This document shows, piece after piece, positions 9,205 to 15,996 of a stretch of 15,996 nt of DNA. The position numbers and the translations under genes were made by a program. The stretch's first letter is position 1. Every line of letters starts with the position of its first letter. This DNA is from Octopus sinensis (lineage: Eukaryota), in NCBI RefSeq assembly GCF_006345805.1, contig NW_021825339.1, forward strand, positions 1-15,996. The letters run 5' to 3'. Under the pieces are notes generated by a model that did not search any database, was not told where the DNA came from, and saw only the letters and a program-made list of their open reading frames with translations.

Positions 9205-9532
9205 GCGGTGTTATTGATTACTACTCAACATTAAGAGAAACTTGACTGAAGTAGGAGAGTTCCGTATCCGGTTTCGCTGTTGTTGCTTTGATAGATTACG
9301 GTTAGAAATTGACCTCTGACATACAACAGCAGACGACAACTTATACAAGACCACCCAGACGGCCAGATAACTTAACGGCTTTTGAAGAAATATTTGGCAG
9401 TCATTCTGTACATATATGAGTGTATGCCAGTCAGTGTGTATGCAATGTGTATGTGTGTGTGTGTGTGTGTGTGTGCGTGCGTGCGTGGCGCGCGCATATG
9501 TATGCATATATGTATGCATATATGTATGCATC

Positions 9533-9582
<50 letters not shown>

Positions 9583-9584
<2 letters not shown>

Positions 9585-9790
9585 TTTTACTCTTTTACTT
9601 GTTTCAGTCATTTGACTGCGGCCATGCTGGAGCACCGCCCTTAGTCGAGCAAATCGACCCCGGGACTTATTCTTTGTAAGCCATACTTATTCTATTGCTG
9701 AACCGCTAAGTGACAGGGACATAAACACACCAGCACGGTTTGTCAAGCAATGCTAGGAGAACAAACACAGACACACAAAACATACACACA

Positions 9791-9831
<41 letters not shown>

Positions 9832-10033
9832 TATAGTATATATATATATATATATTATATATATATATATATATATACAACGGGCTTCTTTCAGTTTCCG
9901 TCAACCAAATCCCTCACAAGGCTTTGGCCGGTCCGGCTATAGTAGAAGGCACTTGCCCAAGGGTGTTACGCAATGGGACTAAACTCGGAACCATGTGGTT
10001 GAGAAACAAGCGTCTTACCAAACAGCTACGCCT
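9583..10033 (-). mobile_element. SINE family A, full length, expanded internal (TA)n
   Basis: Reverse-complement homology to 8649-9040. Confidence 0.93.
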
Positions 10034-10203
10034 ACACACTAACATTTCTGTCTACGTCAGAGCGTTTCTCACCCTTTTTTTATATTTTTTACCAGTGAAC
10101 CCTTTTGTTCCCTATTTTACTCTGTAGGATCCCCTGGCACCATTTGATGCTAAAAATGAATCCTATCATACATTCATAATTAAAAATTGTTGGGAATTTT
10201 AAA

Positions 10204-10643
10204 CTCTTTTACTCTTTTACACGTTTCAGTCATTTGACTGCGGCCATGCTGGAGCAGCGGCTTTAGTCGAACAAATCGACTCCAGGACTAATTTCCTTGT
10301 AAGCTTAGTACTTATTCTATCGGTCTCTTTTGCCGAACCATTACCGTTACGGGGATATAAACACATCAACATCAATTGTCAAGCGATGGTGGGGGGACAA
10401 ACATAGATACAAAGACACACACATACATATATTTATATATATAAATATATATATACGACATGTGTATATATATATATTTAGGACGGGCTTCTTTCAGTTT
10501 CCGTCTACCAAATCCACTCACAAAGCTTTGGTCAGCCCGAGGCTATAGTAGAAGACACTTGCCCAAGGTGCCACGCAGTGGGACTGAACCCAGAACCACA
10601 TGGTTGGGAAGCAAGCTGCTTACCACACCGCCACGCCTCCACC
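10204..10643 (-). mobile_element. SINE family A, full length
   Basis: Reverse-complement homology to 8649-9040. Confidence 0.93.
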
Positions 10644-10682
10644 TAGTATAGAAAATTCTTTGAAATATATAGTGTATTGTAA

Positions 10683-11268
10683 GGCGGCGAGCTGGCAGAA
10701 ATGTTAGCGCGCCGGGCAGAATGCCTAGCGGTATTTCCTCTGTCGCTACGTTCTGAGTTCAAATTCCGCCGAGGTCGACTTTGCCTTTCATCTTTTCGGG
10801 GTCGATTAAATAAGTACCAGTTACGCACTGGGGTCGATATAATCGACTTAATCCGTTTGTCTGTCCTTGTTTGTCCCTTCTGTGTGTAGCCCCTTGCGAG
10901 CAGTAAAGAAATAAGAAACGTTAGCACGCCGGGCGAAATGCGTAACCGTATTTCGTCTGCCGTTACGTTCTGAGTTCAAATTCCGCCGAGGTCGACTTTG
11001 CCTCATCATCTTCGGGGTCGATAAATTAAGTACCAGTTACGCACTGTGGCGATGTAATCGACTTAATCCGTTGTCTCCCTTGTTTGTCCCCTCTGTGTTT
11101 AGCCCCGTGTGGGTAGTAAAGAAATAGGTATTTTCTGTCTGCCGTTACGTTCTGAGTTCAAATTCCGCCGAATTCCGACTTTGCCTTTCATTCTTTCGGT
11201 GTCGGGGTCGATCTAATCAACTGGCCCCCTCCCAAAAAATTTCGAGCCTTGTGCCTAGAGTAGAAAAG
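10683..11268 (+). mobile_element. Trimeric head-to-tail SINE family B with 19-bp TSD
   Basis: Units at 10683-10913, 10914-11126 and 11127-11268, each with B box GAGTTCAAATTCC. AATATATAGTGTATTGTAA occurs at 10664-10682 and 11269-11287. Confidence 0.93.
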
Positions 11269-11483
11269 AATATATAGTGTATTGTAAAATTATAACCAAT
11301 TCATTGCACATAAATTATAACAATTAACCTTATGTAGACCCCTAAGGTGCCATATGGACCCAGGTTGAGAACCACTGGTTTATGTAATAGCAATCTTTCT
11401 GTACACATGCCCGCCACTTCATTCGAACTCATAACCTACCATTATTCAATCACCAATTATTTTTCTCTAATCCAACCGCTAGC

Positions 11484-11770
11484 GAAGACGCTTGGCCTAA
11501 TGGTTAGTGTGTTAAACTCACCACCGCAGGATCGCGTTTTCGATTCTCGAACTAAGCAGTAAACGCGTTGTGCTCTTGAGCTAAACGCTTCGTTTCACGT
11601 TGCTCCAGTCCCCTTCAGCTGCAAACGAATTCCAGCAACCATAGGTGAGAAGTTAACCCTGCGACGGACCGGCGTCGCGTTCACAAAGGGTGAATGGGTG
11701 GCGGAGCGGGGTATGTTGCAATCTCACTCACTAAAATGTCTTTGAAACTGGATTAGACGCTGGCGTTTTA
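11484..11770 (+). mobile_element. Older tRNA-derived SINE, family C (CORE-like)
   Basis: A box TGGCCTAATGG, B box TTTCGATTCTC, then TGTGCTCTTGAGC..CTTCGTTTCACGTTGCTCCAGT (CORE-like) and AACCCTGCGACGGACCGGCGTC. The 3' boundary is uncertain. Confidence 0.7.
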
Positions 11771-11772
11771 TG

Positions 11773-12009
11773 AATACCTATTTCTTTATTACCCACAAGG
11801 GGCTGAACATAGAGGGGACAAACATGGACAGACATAGGTATTAAGTCGATTATATCGACCCCAGTGCTTTAACTGGTACTTTAATTTCGCGACCCCCGAA
11901 AGGATGAAAGGCAAAGTCGACCTCGGCGGAATTTGAACTCACAACGTAACGGCAGACGAAATACCGCTAAGCATTTCGCCCGACGTGCTAACGATTCTGC
12001 TAGCTCGCC
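11773..12009 (-). mobile_element. SINE family B monomer
   Basis: Reverse complement matches units 1 and 2 of the trimer, including the tail AAAGAAATAGGTATT. Confidence 0.93.
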
Positions 12010-12078
12010 ATTCCGGGAACTAAGACTATGTAAATAACCCTAACCTTGAGATATACTATCGCTCAACATCGACACACA

Positions 12079-12170
12079 TCTCTCGTTCTTTCTATCTCTC
12101 CCCTTCTCTCTCTCTCCCTCTCTCTCCCTCTCTCTCCCTCTCTCTCTCTCCCTCTCTCTCTTTCCTTCCC
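12079..12170. repeat. (CT)-rich polypyrimidine tract
   Basis: Direct reading. Confidence 0.9.
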
Positions 12171-12494
12171 TGTTGATCTATTTATTTATCTCTACTCAAT
12201 CTATTTCTTTCCATTACCGATAGCAGGAACAACAACCTAGAAAGCATATCGCCAAACCATCGTCAAATGGCAACGGCCACAAAAACAACTTTGATTGCTC
12301 GATAAAAGAGATAAAAGGATGAATATAAAAAAAAAAATAATAATAATAATAATAATAAAAAAGGTCAGAAAAAAAGAACGGCGTCCTTGAACAGAGTACA
12401 AGAAGCAGCATAACAGGATCACCAGAGATACGACAACAACAACAACTATCGGAATTTAACCATTGGCGCGTGTGATTACGTGCGTATCATGTTT

Positions 12495-12635
12495 ACAACT
12501 ACACACATTCACACGCACACGCACGCACATACACACGCACACACATTTGTGTGTGTATATGTGTATGTATGCCATGTATATATACACATACTCAAGCACA
12601 CACACACACACACACACACACGTGTTTTTATATAC

Positions 12636-12680
<45 letters not shown>

Positions 12681-13012
12681 CATATATATATGTATGTATA
12701 TATATATGTGTGCTTGTGTTTATGTTTATGTGTGCGTGTATAGAGAGAGAGGGGAGAGGCAGGGAGGGAGAGAGAGAAAAGTAAAAGAATAAAAGACTAT
12801 ATATACATATATCCATATATATACATCATATACACCTATGAGTGAGTGTGTATATATATATATATATATATAATATATATATATATGTATATGTATATAT
12901 AATATATATACACATGTTTTATGTATATTTGTGGTGCGTATGTGTGTATGTGTGGACAGACAGATAGATAGATATAGGCATGTATGTATATATATGTGTA
13001 TATATTATTATC

Positions 13013-13044
<32 letters not shown>

Positions 13045-13097
13045 ATATATATATCTACAGGTTTGTGTGTGTATAGATAGATAAGATATATAGATAG

Positions 13098-13129
<32 letters not shown>

Positions 13130-13232
13130 CACACACACACGTTTGTCTGTCTGTGTATATGCGTGTGTGTGTGTGCGTGTATATACGAGTGTACATGTAT
13201 ATCTATATAATTGTGTGTGTATGTGTGTGTGT
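12495..13232. repeat. Compound CA/TA/TG/GA/GATA microsatellite field
   Basis: Direct reading. Confidence 0.9.
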
Positions 13233-13479
13233 CTAACTGGTGTCTTTATAGAGTAAGATATCGCTTCTTCTTCTTCTTCATTTGATTCCGAACGAAAGCC
13301 TCCAAGAATACAGCGTTCCTTTATGGAATCTGGGTGTTCTTTCTCTTACACGTTACAGTGTTGTGTGTACAAACAAGAATCTCAGACAAAATCCGACAAC
13401 AGTAAAAAAGTAAAGCGAAAAGCTTGTTTTTCATCATTTATCATTTCAGCTGTTGTTGTTATAATGATTCTGGTATTTA

Positions 13480-14050
13480 TGATGAGGGGTGGCCAGGGAG
13501 TGGGGCGGGGGGACTGCTGGTAACGGTGCTGGAGTTGGTGATAGTGGTGGTGGTGGTGGTGGTGGTGTGGTGGTGGTGGTGGTGGTGGTGGTGGTGGTTA
13601 TGATCGTGGTGATGGTGGTGGTGATAGTGCTGGTGCAGCTGGTACTAGCCCTGGTGTTGACGAGGATATTGGTGGTGCTTCCACTGTTTCCCTCTGCTGT
13701 TCCTGATGATGATGATGATGATGATGATGATGGTGTGTGTGGTGGTGGTGGTGGTGGTGGTGGTGGTGGTAGTGGTAACGACGGTGCTCGTGATGGTATT
13801 GGTGACTGTGGTATTAACAGTGGTGGTGGTGGTGGTGGTGGTGGCGGCGGCGGCAGTGCTGCTGGTAGTGCTGGTGCTGCAGCTGATGATGGCAATGGTT
13901 GTAGTGCTGCCACTGTTGCTGTTGCTGGTGATGATGATGATGATGATGGTAACGGTGATGGCCGTGATGGTGGTGTTGACAGTGGTGGTGGTGGTGTTTG
14001 TCGTCGTCGTCATCGTGGTACAATGATTTCTGCAGTGGTGGCTATGGTTG
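13480..14050. repeat. Mosaic (GGT/GAT/GCT/GGC/GTT)n trinucleotide low-complexity tract
   Basis: In-phase G-starting triplets, producing homopolymeric ORFs in several frames on both strands. Confidence 0.92.
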
Positions 14051-14177
14051 AGATGGTCGGAATGTTTGTTTCATAACGTTTTATTTTATTCAATGGTCGA
14101 AGGAAGCGTATTTCGGTGGGAAGGTCATGGCGTAGTAATGGCCATTCGTTGTGTCAGTTGTTGAGATGACGTGGTGA

Positions 14178-15130
14178 TACGACACACACATAGACACACA
14201 CACGCACACATACTCGCACACATATACACACACACTCGCACACACACATACACACACACATCCGCAAGTACACATAATCACACACACACACACACACACA
14301 ACGCCCCAACACAAACACACATCACGCATGCACACACACTCACACGCATGCACGCATGTACACACTGACGTACACACACACGCAATTACACACATACACA
14401 CACCCACACGCATACACTCATCCCCACACACACACACGCACACGCAGGTACATACACCCACGAGCACACACGCACTCAGTCATACACATACACATGTACA
14501 CACATACACTCAGTCACACACACGCACGCGTGCACATACCCATGCACACATACCCTATAAACATATACAGAAACACACACACACACATACACACACACAC
14601 AAGAAGTGTTTTACTGGCAATTCAATTAATGCCTACTGCCTACCCTGAGTGTTTACTCATGGTGTGCATGTGTGTTTGTACTTACGTATGTGTGTGTATG
14701 CATGTGTGCATGTATGAATGTATGTATATATGTATGTATATACACGTGCACAAGACACTCTCGCACACATATACAAACACATACACACACACTCACACAT
14801 ATATACATATACACACATGCACACGCATATGCGCATCTTTGTATGCGCAAAATGGATACTGTATTTAAATTGTTGTTTTGATGTGTCTTAAGTGGACATA
14901 TTGTTTTTTGTTGTTTTATTCGATTGATTTTTTATATTTCTTATCCCATTTCTACACATGCACACACATACACACATACACAATCACTCAGGCACACTAC
15001 CGCTGCAACGTACGCAAAGGCACACACGAAACAAGCAAAAATAAAATTGATTATAAAACATATCCTCACTTTCAACACACACACACATATATACAAGAAT
15101 ACATACAAACGCACAGACACACCCACACGC
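14178..15130. repeat. Degenerate (CA)n/(TG)n field with short unique spacers
   Basis: Direct reading. Confidence 0.88.
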
Positions 15131-15167
15131 TTAGGTAAATGAGCACAAATTATAAACGTACACATAC

Positions 15168-15290
15168 TTTGGTCAATTACTCTGATAAATATGCCCGGAA
15201 GATGTTTGCTAACATCATGCAGTAAAACCAAAACTAGGCGATGACTGAAAGCTGCATTCATACACAGCACACTGCCGCTGTTGAAATATC
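15168..15290 (-). CDS. Candidate 123-nt phase 1-1 exon (unrecognised peptide)
   Basis: Acceptor ctgcttcgccAG|G and donor CAAA|GTATGT. Only one frame is open: (G)YFNSGSVLCMNAAFSHRLVLVLLHDVSKHLPGIFIRVIDQ. No homology recognised. Confidence 0.3.
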
Positions 15291-15679
15291 CTGGCGAAGC
15301 AGTAATTAATTGTATTTGTAAAATATCTTTTATCGTGGTTTTGAAAAGGATTCCACCAACTTCCTTCTTTGTGTTGTAGTTATTATTATCGATATTGTTT
15401 TTGATGGTGTGCTTATGCGAGTGTTGGAGTGGTGGTGCAGGTATCATGCTTTATCGTTACTTTTCTAACCCATGTTTTATATTTGCTATTGTGTTGTTCT
15501 TCTTCTTGTTCTTGTTGTTCGTGGTATTGATCTTGTTGATCTAACCGTTGCCCTTCTTCCTTGGCCTCATTGCTATCATTGTTATTGGCTAATTGTTATT
15601 CATGTTTACTTCGCTGAGTCATGTCTTCTACTTAGTAGCTGTTGCGCCAGATGGTCCAGTGTGGGGGTGTACGTACATG

Positions 15680-15864
15680 TTGATGTGTGTGTGTGTGTGT
15701 GTGTTGTATTCATATGTATTTGTATACATGTGTTTGTATATGTTTGCGCGTGGGTGCATACGTGGTGCGTGTGTATAAACATATCAAAGTCAGGTTTATG
15801 GCAACGCATGATACATACATACATGTGCCATACCTATGTATATGTAAATACATGCATGCATGTT

Positions 15865-15915
<51 letters not shown>

Positions 15916-15917
15916 AA

Positions 15918-15989
<72 letters not shown>

Positions 15990-15992
15990 ATA
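15680..15992. repeat. TG/TA compound microsatellite ending in long degenerate (TA)n
   Basis: Direct reading. Confidence 0.92.
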
Positions 15993-15996
15993 GGAT

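Larger units (their letters stand above)
10058..11377. mobile_element. hAT/Charlie-like MITE interrupted by two SINE insertions
   Basis: Right end reverse complement CAGTGGTTCTCAACCTGG (Charlie/MER5-type TIR); left end CAGAGCGTTTCTCACCCT. The 8-bp flanks are GTCTACGT (10050-10057) and GTTTATGT (11378-11385), 6/8 identical with a central TA. Confidence 0.65.

Noticed and set aside
10683-11268. Repeated units resembling a CRISPR array or tRNA cluster
   Set aside because: The units are 140-230 bp SINE monomers without unique spacers, there are no cas genes, the context is eukaryotic, and the heads are not intact tRNAs.
13446-14076. Pro-rich (formin/WASP-like), Gly-rich and His-rich ORFs
   Set aside because: They are open in multiple frames on both strands because of triplet repeats, with near single-codon usage and no adjoining globular domain.

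Overview
AT-rich eukaryotic genomic DNA saturated with microsatellites. The SINE families and repeat landscape match what I recall of octopus (coleoid cephalopod) genomes; this assignment is an inference. It reads as intronic sequence of a minus-strand gene, of which one exon is well supported: a divergent 6-Cys scavenger-receptor cysteine-rich (SRCR) domain at about 885-1211. The rest is transposon debris: a full-length but dead Hsmar1-like mariner (1281-2592), a Tc1 transposase relic, a Tc2-like MITE and a hAT/Charlie-like MITE with nested SINEs, and about a dozen tRNA-derived SINE copies or fragments. Most ORFs in the track are microsatellite artefacts. I see no intact novel multi-gene system. 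The best leads are a long non-SINE inverted repeat (167-bp core, about 91% identical), a trimeric SINE bounded by one 19-bp target-site duplication, a degenerate hammerhead-like motif, closely spaced inverted SINE pairs, and an ambiguous 3' end of the SRCR exon.
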